Shown: in pieces, positions 1 to 11,922 of the stretch | How positions within the stretch are numbered: the first letter of the stretch is position 1 | Layout of the letters: every line of letters starts with the position of its first letter | The notes under the pieces: generated by a model | The model's input: the letters and a program-made list of their open reading frames with translations, nothing else | Databases searched by the model: none | Told to the model about the DNA's origin: nothing | Assembly (NCBI GenBank): GCA_000320545.1 | Contig: ADNK01000564.1 | Location: 1-39,097, forward strand | DNA length: 39,097 nt | DNA from: Bigelowiella natans CCMP2755 | Lineage: Eukaryota; Protista; Cercozoa | Direction of reading: 5' to 3' | Position numbers and translations under genes: made by a program

Positions 1-44
1 TAACTTAAATTGTAGGAATGAGGCTAATACGAAAACGCTGTGAT

Positions 45-1461
45 ACCTGCGAGACATGCACCTTGCCGTCCCTCTGCTCGCCCAAGGGGGGGGGGGTCCC
101 TGGAAGGGACGATCCTCACTTGGATTCCTTCGCCATAATCCTTGCTAAAATTATCCAATTTCCTGGTTTTCGGCCCCTTATCACCAACAAGGAAATTTCC
201 AAGGGGGGTGGGGGGGGGGGAGAAGCAGAGGCAGAGAATGAATTAATGGGATTTCGTGAACACACGTATAACACACAGCTGCTTACGCCTGCATTACAAA
301 CAATGGGTGTTGAGCTGTAAAGGTGTGTGTGTGTGTGTTTGTGTGTTTGTTTGTGCTACGACAGTGCGTTATACCTGCAATTCTTTATCGGTCTTGAACA
401 TGTATAGGAAACTGTCCTGAATAACGCAGTACCGCGTCAGCATTGTCTTGAAGGTCTTACCGCGCTTCTTCAGGTATCCCGTCCTTGGCCTTTTGGCCTT
501 CTTGAACACGTGAGCACGCAGCGTTGTCTCCATGAAGCTGAATCATGATGATGATGATGATGATAATGATGATAATGATAATGAGGAGAAATAGAGCAAA
601 CCAAATGCGGCAAACAAACAGAACCAAAAAGAAAGAAAAAAGCAAGACGAGAAGAGAGGGAAGAGCGATGATACATACATACATACATACACAGCAGCAG
701 CATCAGCATTAGCATCGATACCATCTATGGTCGCTATTTTACTACTACTACTACTAGTAGTACTACTTTGTGATCTGCGGTGTTGCCTGAATCCAGTCGC
801 TGAACTCAGCAAAGGTGAGGAAGCTCTTCCCCTTTGCGAAGGTGACGAGTGTGTGGTCCAGGAGATTCTCGGCAACCAACGTCTGCGCATCGATGTTCTA
901 TGGTTGGTGGCAGCACAACAACAACAACAACAACAACAAGATGATGATGATGAAGAAGAAGAAACGGTGATGAGGAAATAAGGTGGCCAGATGCCATAAA
1001 TATTAGAAGCAATTGCACGAGAGAAAGATATTAGAAAAAAGTGGGGGGGTTGAAGTGTGTATGCAGGACAGATGGAGGCGTCTCGTTGCTTCATCATCAC
1101 CATACTACTTCTAGCACTACTACTACTACTACTGCTACTGCTACTACTACCACTAATGGGTTCTACCTCATCGTGCACATTCTTAATGTAATCGTCCACT
1201 TTCTCTGCCTCTACGAAGCTCTTGGGCTTTGCAGGAGACTGAATGAACACGTGCATCATGGATCGCAGGGAAGAGGAGGAGGAGGAGGAGGATGGTGTTT
1301 AGATGAAGAAGAACAACACTACGAAAGAGAAGGCTCAGTTGCAGGAAGAAGAAAATAATGATGATAATGATGAAGATGCAGAACCTTGCAGCATTCCCAC
1401 AACATGGGGCATCATCATGAAGGAGGGAGTGGTGCGAATGCATTGTAAGAGGATGAGAAGG

Positions 1462-1518
<57 letters not shown>

Positions 1519-2085
1519 TACACACCTGGGTAGACTGCAACTTGACGTCTTCGGTCAATTTGGCATTTACATCTATAGCTGCAGAATCATATAAACTCAT
1601 TTGGTCGATTATCGATTTCGTTGGCTATTGCTTTAGTATACATTATCGAGACACACATCCATGCGCACACACAAAAACGCCACACACATCGCATCACAGC
1701 CCTCCGTTTTGTGAGCATATGGTATGATTGGCATCGCCCACCCCACCCCGTCTCATCAGGAGGGATTCTGATCTTGCATCATCATCATGATCATCAATTA
1801 TCAATTACCTGGGGGTCTGAAAGGGTGCTGCTTTGCAGGTGTTGATGTAGCTGAGCCGCCACTGCTATTGCCAGCATTTGTTTTGTCCTCTAATTGACCA
1901 TTAGCATTGCTGTCGCCGCGTAGATTGGGGCTGGGAAAACCTACAATTATATATTTTATGATGATCAGGTCGGTTTCCCCGCTGCTTCTTCAGTTGTGTC
2001 GTGCTTGGTCATTCACGTTATTTGGCAGCACAAATAAGAACAACCTGTCTTTGGTTTCCAGCTCCCAAGTTCATCTTCTCCTTTG

Positions 2086-2126
<41 letters not shown>

Positions 2127-3295
2127 ACAGACAGTAGCAGCAGAAGCAGAAACAACAACAACAATAGTGTAAGTACTAGCACCACCACCACCGAGCGATT
2201 GGGAGACTCGATAATTGGTCAAACAATGAGTGCAGTTACGCTGCTGCTATGAACAAGGAAATAGTTGTGGTGCATAGGAATATTTGTGAGAAGGAAGACA
2301 CATGCGAGGGAGGCGAGGCGTCATTCAGAGGGCCGGCCCAAAATTTCTCAAATAACTTTTGTGTTTTTATTTTTGGTTGGTAGGGAAGGGGGAGGAAGCA
2401 TAGTGATTGGTGGATGGGCGGTTGCGACGTATGATAATATTAATTATGGGATCGAGGTTTTGTAGGACGTTAGAAGATGAAGATGATAAAGAAGAAGAAG
2501 AAGAAGAAGAAGAAGAAGAAGAGGTGAAAGAGGGGGGGTGGAATACAAGCCCATTCGATTTTATAGTTTGTTGTTGTTGATGATGATGATGATGATGATG
2601 GCCCCAAAAAGGGAATTTCCATCGGCAAAAGAATACGCACACGTTAGTATTCGCATATCGATCGATATTTCGTTGTCGTCATCGTAACCTCACCTTGGTA
2701 CTGGTAGTGTCCATCTTGGTCAGGGACGATTGCACGCTCGTAGTGCTCACTTGCCGACTCACGCTCTGTCGTCATCAGATGTATAATATAACGCAATCCT
2801 CATACTATTATTATTATTATTATTATTATTATTATCATTATCTTGGCAGTATGATGAATGCTTCCTCGCCATCCATCTATCCATCTATCTATCTATCTAT
2901 CTATCGTTTTAATTATTATTACCTCTCTAATGTCATCGTGCTGCAGCATTGAGTACACCATAGTCCGAAGCTCATCAAGGGTGATCTGCAGCAATGGTGT
3001 TTGTTGGGAAGTAGTAACAAAAGAGACTGAGCACAAGGTGGAGAGAGGTTCCAATCTTACGTGTTTGTGTTGATGTATGTGATTGATGATGTGCTACGCT
3101 ATGAACATTTCCGCATTTATTGGATTAAACCCACGGTAGCCACCTTGTCATTCGAGCGCAGATCAAACATTTTAAACAGCAGCTGTATTTTCTCCTGGTT
3201 AGAGCCGTTTAAGAACCTAATAATCCAAAAAGCCATTTAGGTCTTGCAAGTTTGTATCATGCATTCATGTTGTGTGTGTGTGTGCGTGTGCGCGC

Positions 3296-3336
<41 letters not shown>

Positions 3337-4165
3337 AACAGATAGGAAAGAGCGATCGAGAGACTATGATCTAGACCAAAATTACTACCGCGTGATGCCG
3401 GTGAGAAATTCTTCTAAGTCGATAAGGTTGTTCTAAGTGGATTTGAAGGAAGGAAGGAGGGGAGTGAGTAAGTGAGCGTGTGTTCTAAAAGTCTTGCTCA
3501 TTTCCTTACATACATGCATACAACAGGCATGCAGAGTAACACAGATCAATCATCTGTGATGCTCGAGGAGGTTATCGCCCAGCGATTGTTGCTCAAAGAA
3601 CCAAAGCATACGACAAACACGACGAGATAACATCCGTCTTCCTTCCTTGCTTCACCTCCGTGACTTAATGATTGTGAATTCACCTTCTTGGTATCGAATG
3701 CGTCGAATAGCCGTTCCCCAAACATGCCTTCGCAAGAAAACAATGATGTCATCCACACAATACGTAAAATTGCTTTTCAGATCATTTTCTTCCTTGTTCA
3801 CTTCTTCTTCTTTCTACTCTCTCTACTTCTTCCACCACTACCACGGAAGTCCACATAGTTCAAGAACGTCTTCTTGTCCATCGTACGGCCTGGCGACCTC
3901 GATGCAAGCCCTGTGGCAAAACCGATCATTCCAAATGAGAGGGGTGCGTAAATTTGGTTTGAAATAAATGCCATGATGGAATAAATGCTATGATGAAATA
4001 AATGCTATGATGACTAAAACAGATTGCTAACTCTAACGGGAGGGCTTTGTCTGAAGCGTGTTCACAAGTTCGTTTATTACCATCAAAAACGTTCTCCAGG
4101 AGCCTGGCCTCCAGGACATCCATTCCAGCATACACATCAGAACTGCATGAAGGAGAGTTTCCCAT
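45..4165 (-). CDS. N-myristoylated EF-hand + PH domain protein, CDPK7-like architecture (multi-exon; 3' part including any kinase domain lies beyond the left edge)
   Basis: Spliced minus-strand exons read MGNSPSC...ENVFD|GLASRSPGRTMDKKTFLNYVDFR|GMFGERLFDAFDTKK|NNLIDLEEFLTGITR|FLNGSNQEKIQLLFKMFDLRSNDK|ITLDELRTMVYSML (calcineurin-B/recoverin-like EF hands). Exon 767-897 reads LTFAEFSDWIQATPQIT. Exon ~375-538 reads RTGYLKKRGKTFKTMLTRYCVIQDSFLYMFKTDKELQ (start of a PH domain). These joins are GT-AG and in phase. MGxxxS-C suggests myristoylation plus palmitoylation. Exons left of ~375 are uncertain. Confidence 0.8.
3961..4011. repeat. 17-bp x3 minisatellite in intron 1 of the EF-hand/PH gene
   Basis: GAAATAAATGCCATGAT / GGAATAAATGCTATGAT / GAAATAAATGCTATGAT. 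Confidence 0.9.
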
Positions 4166-4510
4166 TGACTAGCACAATAACCAGGGGGGCCTTCCCTCTG
4201 GGGATGCTGTCGGCCAGTCGAAATTCGAAATAGCACCGAATAGCATGCGGTTCTCTCCCATTTTTAAAGTAAAAATATTGTCGCACGCAATGCAACATCT
4301 ATTTATGTTCCGCGTCTCCCTCGGCTGCAAACCCTAGAACAGTATCTAGAAACCAAGGTTCGATATTCCTTGTCGCGATAGTGAAACAAAGGCCATCTGT
4401 CGGAATCGTATTCGTGGAAAATCATGTTTTTCCTTCCTTTTTTTCGGGCGAACGAACTGCACAGGACAAGCACAAGCTCGATCGGTCGGCTGCTGCTGCT
4501 GCTGCTGCTA
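4166..4510. promoter_or_regulatory. Probable bidirectional promoter between the EF-hand/PH gene and the LRR gene
   Basis: Divergent start codons lie ~260-350 bp apart. This is a positional inference only. Confidence 0.45.
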
Positions 4511-6044
4511 ATGGGCGACTACTACCAGGGTACTGCTACTGCTGTGCTTGGTGTGATGCGTGGAGGGGTGCATGGGGAATCGGACAGAGAGGGGATAACG
4601 CTTCATTGAGGATTGAAGCGCAGCAATTGATGATTCGCTGAGGAATGACATTTTGACTGTCCCCTCCCAGAAGGCATGCTCAACGACGAGGAGAATGAGG
4701 AAGGGTCGGCACAAATCTGAACGGCAAGCTGCAGTTATGGATCTCACAATTTGTCTATTATTGCCTCTCATAGGAGAATGGATTCTGTTCGTGTATCCCG
4801 TCCCTCCTCAGTCCCGGATCTCCTAAACTCTCTCAAATCGAATCTGAGGTGTGCTGTAGAGCTGTTATCACCCGCCCGATTTTATGCTAACAAAGACGTT
4901 TATATTTATCTAGGGAACTATGTCTCCATCATGCAGGTGCCCCCCCCCCCCCCCCCTCTCTCTCTCTCTCTCCTACGTACCATTCCAAAACATATTATAC
5001 TACCAGGGATAGATCACAAAGGCGCCGAACTCATAGCGGACAGTCTCTCAAATAAACCCCATCTTACCAAGCTCTCTCTGGCCTTCAACCGATTACGTAT
5101 CGTACCGCATCATACGCATCTTCTTGGCACACAATAACTACAACCTAGTTCCTCACAAGTCATGCTAATAATAAATAAAACACCATCGATCACAAGTGGG
5201 ATAGATGGGTTGATGGAAGCTTTTGCATGTGAGACATCAGTCGTCATATTTATCAGCTACTTGTTGCATCAGTGTCGTCTATGTGTGCACAGGAGACATG
5301 GGCGCTGCAGCACTTTCACCATTATTGATGAAGAAAGACTCCCAACTACGATATCTTAACCTCGCGAGAAATCATATTTCCTCCCAGGTAAGAGAAGCAG
5401 CAGCAGGGGTATTAGCTGCAGTAGTAGTAGTGGCAGGAGCAGCAGCAGCAGCAGCAGCTGCACGGATCGACAGCACGATGACGATATAAGAGAGGCAAGA
5501 TAAGGATGAGAAAGAGAAAGGGATTCTTTATGAGTTAGAGACCGTTGGTTGTAATTTCTATTGTCTCCATAATTTCAGGGCTGCATTGCACTGGCCAAAG
5601 GGCTAGCGCAGTGCACAAACCTTCAGCATTTGGATCTCGCGGAGAATAAGATTGAGGACGATGGAATCATCAGCATCATCAAAGCCGCCAAATCCAAGGG
5701 TAGTAGTAGTAGTAGTAGTAGTAGTAGTGTCGGCGGTTGAGTAGTAGTAGTCTATTAGAAGTCGTCAATCAACCCTAATTGTCATCGCCCGAATCTTCGT
5801 CAGTCATCGCAGCTGTGCTCCTCCTCCTCCTCCTCCTCCTCGTCATCGTCGTCCATTTACTATAATTACTTCTGACTGAACCATTGATCATCATCAGGGT
5901 GGAGATCGTTGGTCCTATCTAAAAACCGAATCAGTAGGAAGGGGTTCGGTAATGGCATCATCACAGATCATCAATCATCAGAGAAAGAGAACACACAAGA
6001 TAACAAAAGACATAGGACGCCAAACGCGCAACCACCTACTATTT

Positions 6045-6083
<39 letters not shown>

Positions 6084-6292
6084 TCCCTCTCTCCCCACTT
6101 GTGTTAATAGCCCATGCTTGATATTTATCGATAGATGCAATTGCGGGTTTGGTGCGTGATAGCACAACGTTGGAATCTCTGAGCCTTTATCTCAACGGCA
6201 TAGATGTACAGGTGGTTTTGTTGTTTTGCCAGTTTTTAGTGTCGTCGTCGTCGTCTTCTTCTTACACCGCAGCAGCAGTAGAAATATGTTCC

Positions 6293-6329
<37 letters not shown>

Positions 6330-7086
6330 ACAGCACTCAAACACGCTACCAAGCATCTCGCACAGCATCATCGCTGCGCATTGACCTCTCTCCCATTGTC
6401 CTCATTCTCCACCACCACCACCACTACTACTACTATCTGCTGATCAACTTACTACTCCTTGTGGCTTAAATAACAATCCCCCAGGGCTGCATCATGATAT
6501 CAGATGCAGTAATGCGGAATACATCCCTTCGGCACCTGGATTTGGGTGCGAACCCTCTTGGTAATAGCATGATATAGAAGTGCTGCTCAAAGCTGCTGCA
6601 TGATGATAGTGGTGGTTACTTGTTCTCCATCGTCCTTGACTTCATCATCGTCGATACCCCTCGCTAATGGCGGCGCTGGTTTGCTATCCTTTGCTCGTTT
6701 GCTCATCATAGGTGCGCATGGAATATACGCGCTAGCATCAATGCTGGCAAGGAACAGAACCCTGCAATCACTTGACTTAAGAGGCACTGACCTATGTTAC
6801 GTCCTCGAGGTAGAGTCGATCGTACTTGCAGTAGTAGACTACTACTACTAGTAGTAGTAGTAGTAGTAGCAGTAGTAGTAGCAGTAGTAGCACCAGGTAT
6901 GGCCTGATAATATAGAATCGCTTTCACTCTATCCATGAGCTATAGTCGTACCTTTCTGTCGGACTGTGCTCATTAAATAGCTGCTGTAGATGTTCTTCTG
7001 TAACAATTATAGAGGAATTAGTGGGATATGATGTATGGAAGGAGGATGATGGTGATGACGACGATGATAGGAAACAATTAAATAAT

Positions 7087-7154
<68 letters not shown>

Positions 7155-7931
7155 CACACATTATATTAATCTTAGGGTCCCCAATCAGTGCTGCAATCTG
7201 CGCTACCATCTTCCGATAATAAGACAAATAGTACAGCACCCGCTTCTTCTTCTTCTTCTTCTTCTTCTTCTTCTTCTTCTTCTTCTACAACTCCTCCTCC
7301 TTTTCCTCCTGCTGCTGCAGTTGCTGGTAGGTCAGCATCTCCATCGTCACCAACCACCAACACAATCTCCCCTCCCGCACCAGCTGCAGCAATTTCGACT
7401 CCTGAGCACTACTCGCCGCCAAAGAAGGTGGATCTTATAACAGTCAGTCTGTCTGGGGTTAAGCGTAACGATAGATCACGATGATAACGCTCATGGTGTT
7501 GATGATGATGATGATGATTATTATTATTACTAAAATCATAATTATCCTACTACACAATTGCCCGAGACAGCAGCGGAACTCGTTCGGCGTCTTGAAGCTG
7601 TGCGAAGAACTGGGAAAGCCAGGCTGCCAGCTGAAGCATCTCCTCCTCTCTTTCAACCTCTTCGGTGCGCTAAATGCGGAATGATGCGAGATGTGATGAT
7701 GAGTGACGAATATTGATGATGCTGTGAGAGAAGAAGGTAGAAGATAGGTGCTTTTGGTCGCCTCCAAAGACGCCGTTTTATGTGTTGTTGTTGTTGGTGG
7801 TGTTGGTGTTGGTCTTATAGATGACTACAGCCTCCGGCATCTATGCCAAGCAATTCAGCAGGTGCAGCGATGACGATGGTGATGATGATGATGATGATGA
7901 TGACGAAGATGATCTATAGGATATACAAATT

Positions 7932-7969
<38 letters not shown>

Positions 7970-8661
7970 ATTATGTATATATTCACATATGACATCAATC
8001 CATCAGAGCCAGGTTGAGGTGCTCGATCTAGTCAATTGCGGGATTACACAAAAAGGCATGGAGGACGTTGCCAGTAAGTGTTAGAAATGATCCAAACGGA
8101 CGATGAAAGGAAGAGGAGAGAAGAGGAGGACGAAGGCGGGGGGGGGGGATTGAAGAGAGGCACCATAGAAACACGTATTAGAATCGATGATATTAACAGC
8201 ATCACCCCATCCCATTCGTCACGATAACAACAGAGATGATATCGACTGCCCAAGAGTCTCAGCGAGGTGGATATATCCCTGAATACGATCACAATGAAAT
8301 CGGCACGACTGATTGCCCAGAGTTTACGTAAACACAAGACGCTCACCAAACTAGGTCTCATTCAGGTACTATGACTATTATTACTACTACCATTACTACT
8401 ACTACTACCACTACTACTATTACTACTACTGCCCGGTGTTATCATCTCACTTATGCTGTGACTTTCTATCTATATACTATCTAACCATGGTGCCTACTGC
8501 TTCTTCTGCTTCTGATTATCATCGCCATCTTCATCGCCATCATCATCATCATCATCAACAACAACAACAAAAACCACAATAGTGTCGCCTAAGCGAGGGT
8601 ATCAGTCCCATATTGGCGGCTCTCCCTCACAACAACTCCCTCAGGTTGTTACGTCGTAGGT

Positions 8662-8695
<34 letters not shown>

Positions 8696-8809
8696 GTAAA
8701 TGGGTCGAGAAATGCTGCTCTTTGGTTTTCTTCATCATTATTACTGATGCTGTTGTTGGTTGTCGTATAAAGAGAGAGAGGAGGGAGCGCAAGGAGTAAA
8801 TCTTATTTG

Positions 8810-8854
<45 letters not shown>

Positions 8855-10882
8855 TTCCTCTTCCCCTTACGTGTTCTCTCTTCCTCTTTCATTGTTGCGG
8901 CCATACGCGTACAAATATTCTCAGGACGATTCTACTTGGAGGAAACCTCCTGCAAAAGCAGCATTATGCCGATTTAGCCGATAAGCTCAAGGTGCGCCAC
9001 TACTGCCTACTACTACCACTCCTCCTTCTCCTACTACTACTACTAATACTACTACTATTTCATCAGTAATAGTACCCATAACCACCTCCACAATAAAAAC
9101 AACTATTACTACTACTACTTACTGCTGCTACTACTACTACTAATACCACCACAGAAGAACACAAGCATCGAGAATCTTGGTCAGCTTGTTTGCCGGTATG
9201 TATGTTGTAGGAAGACAGTAGCAGTAGGCCCTTTATCTTATCGATCTGTCTGATGACCTCTTGTTTTGGTTCGCCCCCTTCTTCTCTCCTCGATTTTCTA
9301 CGTCGTGTGTGCGTTATAGCTGCTCACGATGCGCGTGCAAGACGCTGCAGCACAAGTATCGATGGCATCTTCCGGTAGCGGTAGCAGCAGTAGTAGAATT
9401 CTTGTAATTGGTGATGGTGATAATGTTGTTAATGCTGTCGTTATCTACCACGTACACGTCAATGTGCTTCACGATGCGTGCGGCTATGAGCGGCGATCGT
9501 TGTTTGAATTGATGTTACGTCGTGTTCCATCCTAGGCCGTGGTCGCTAGCACCGCCGTTGATAAAGTACCCGGAAGCAGGAGGAGGATGATGATGATGCG
9601 GAGGAGGAGGAGTAGTAGTAGTGGTGGTGGTTCAACGTTGACATCAACAACGACGACGACGACGACGACGACGACGGCGACGGCCCCGAGTAGTAGTAGG
9701 AGGAGGAGGAGGAGAGATGCTAGTAGTAGCACGAACTCACCAGAGCAGCAGCAGCAGCAGCAGGACTTGAGGATATTGTCACGTGGAGTCTCGGGGATGG
9801 GCTCGGAGGGTGGTAACCAAAAGTCTTCCTCTTCCTCTTCTCCTTTTTCTACTTTTTCTTTAGCACTAAAAAGACACCAGGTAGTAAGCAGCAGCAGCAA
9901 CGGCAGCAGCGGTGCAGCAGCAAATAACGACGACTCTAAGAAGAAGAAGACGATCAAGAATGGCAAGGACGAGGAGCACCGAACTGCGTTGTCGTCCTAC
10001 CGGATACGTAGCAGCAGCGGTGGTGGTAGTGACGAAAAGAGCGCTGAAAGAGATGTAGGGAAGAAGAAGAAGAAGAAGAAGAAGAAGAAGAAGCCTCCTT
10101 TACTAATGAGTGCTCCTGTGTGTGGATTATCTCAACTTTCCAATCATTTTTTAAATTTTGAAAAGAAGCTACTGTCACAGCACCAACCTCACCACTACTA
10201 CACAATCAGATGGCCGCCCCTTCTTCCTCAGCAGCGAGGAGAACAGCAGTAGCATTCCGGGTGCAAGAAAGCAAGTTTCGGAGGATGGAAGGCAACAACA
10301 ACAGCAGCAACAACAATATCAGCGGCTTCAAGACAACGATGATGACATATAAGCGGGAGACGACAGGGGACTGCATCGAAGCCATGCTCATAAGAAATCA
10401 ATTTGCCAACAGAATGTAATGTTAATGCATGCATACAAGAGTGATAGAGAATTAGTGGAAAAGAGGAGAACAATAGTCAAGTAATATGCATGTATGATCA
10501 CTCGTGTGTACGCGTGCGTGTGTCTCATTAGGGATCGACGAATGGCGTTGATGTTGGGCTTGCACAAGCGGGTGGGAGAAAACAGCATTCTCTACGAGAT
10601 CATGGTACTACATTTTCCCGACTTAATTGCAATAGGACGAAGGGGGGTAAAAAGAGGACGTCGGGGAAGAGAAAGAAGGGAAAGAGGAAGAGAAATGATG
10701 TTGGAGACATCATAACAATGAATCACGATGTAAAGAGTAGAATGGCTGCTCTTCTCTAGATGTTCTATCTTGCAAATTAATTTATGATTCTATGATTTGT
10801 TCACGTGCTATGATGATAGGGCCAGAGCAAGATTCTAGAAGCAGGCGTGTTTGAAAGCGTATTTGCTTATGCGAAAATATGA
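4511..10882 (+). CDS. Leucine-rich repeat protein, ribonuclease-inhibitor/NLRC3-like 28-aa LRRs (~20 exons)
   Basis: Exons give LRELCLHHAGIDHKGAELIADSLSNKPHLTKLSLAFNRL, LRYLNLARNHISSQGCIALAKGL, LQHLDLAENKIEDDG, LESLSLYLNGIDVQG, LRHLDLGANPLGAHG, LQSLDLRGT, LKHLLLSFN, VEVLDLVNCGI, LSEVDISLN, LRTILLGGN. The C-terminus reads RRMALMLGLHKRVGENSILYEIM|SKILEAGVFESVFAYAKI*. There is one apparent 1-nt frameshift near 8250 and an unresolved low-complexity exon at 9536-10414. The start could also be 4424. Confidence 0.8.
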
Positions 10883-10989
10883 ACAACTTTCAGACGATGA
10901 GCATATTCCAAAATAATCAATCCAGCCTGATGGATTTTGTGACATATGATACGACCCAGCACATGCACTCATGATATGTATATGTCTAC

Positions 10990-11720
10990 GACTAGTCTGG
11001 TTTGAATATCTTATGCCACAAACAAAATGCACTACATTGCATGGACCAGCGAACTATTGACCACACATGTCTAGATGTGTGTATGTAGACATAGCCCATG
11101 CTAGCATGGATAGTGCAAGTACACTAGTACACCCATGCACGCAATGCTCACACCTGTGTTTCCATCTGACACATCATCGACTGCTAGACTGGATCATTTT
11201 GTCATCACAAGCATGTACATGTTGCATGTACCTCCAAGCCAGCTAGCCTGCTAATCTTGTCAGTGTGCATGAAACCTTGCAACACCTCTACATCAAATCT
11301 CTAGATCTAGATTTCGCGACATCTAGATGTGCGCATCTCTGTTTAGATCTAGAGATCACTAGATCATGCTAGCATGCTAGCATAGCTAGCTTACTAGATG
11401 GACTAGTAGAGCTAGAGAGGCGCGCTAGCGCGTGAATGAGTTTCTTGCACTACTAGACTAGTTCTAGAATCGTCACATTGCACACTGGAGATCACCAGAG
11501 CATCAACTCATGGCACACTCTAGCACTGAAAATCGCATTTCTTGCCGCGTCATGTGCATTTAGCCGAGCTAGCGAGTGCTAGAGTGGTGCCATCTACCCG
11601 TCTACCCATGCTAGCAGGCTAGCATGCTGCTACCGTGATAGTTTCATCATTCTGCCTATGCATCGCACATGTGATCTTTGTCTTTGCATAATGTTCATCG
11701 ATGAGCTTTCAATTTCTGCA
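10990..11720. other. CTAG/CATG/TGCA palindrome-rich convergent spacer A
   Basis: About 25 CTAG counted by eye in 10990-11625. Perfect palindromes: CCATGCTAGCATGG (11096-11109), ACATCTAGATGT (11319-11330), CATGCTAGCATG (11365-11376), CGCGCTAGCGCG (11421-11432). Confidence 0.85.
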
Positions 11721-11922
11721 GTGTTTAGAGTGTAGAGCTTTGACAGTATTTTTCTATTGGGTGTTTTTTCTCACTGTTGCGCATTAGGATCCGCAACAAT
11801 GCTATCATATTGCACCTACAGATGTGCGCCAAATGTTGATTACTAATGAAAGTCGTTTTTCTTATATTTTCACATGCGGCTTTTCTGTCGCCTTCGAATA
11901 CATCGAAGCTATTATTGGTCGT

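Noticed and set aside
85-220. G-runs as G-quadruplex elements, and odd sequence here and at 29520-29700
   Set aside because: These are homopolymer-rich stretches that look like low-quality consensus, so they are not reliable.
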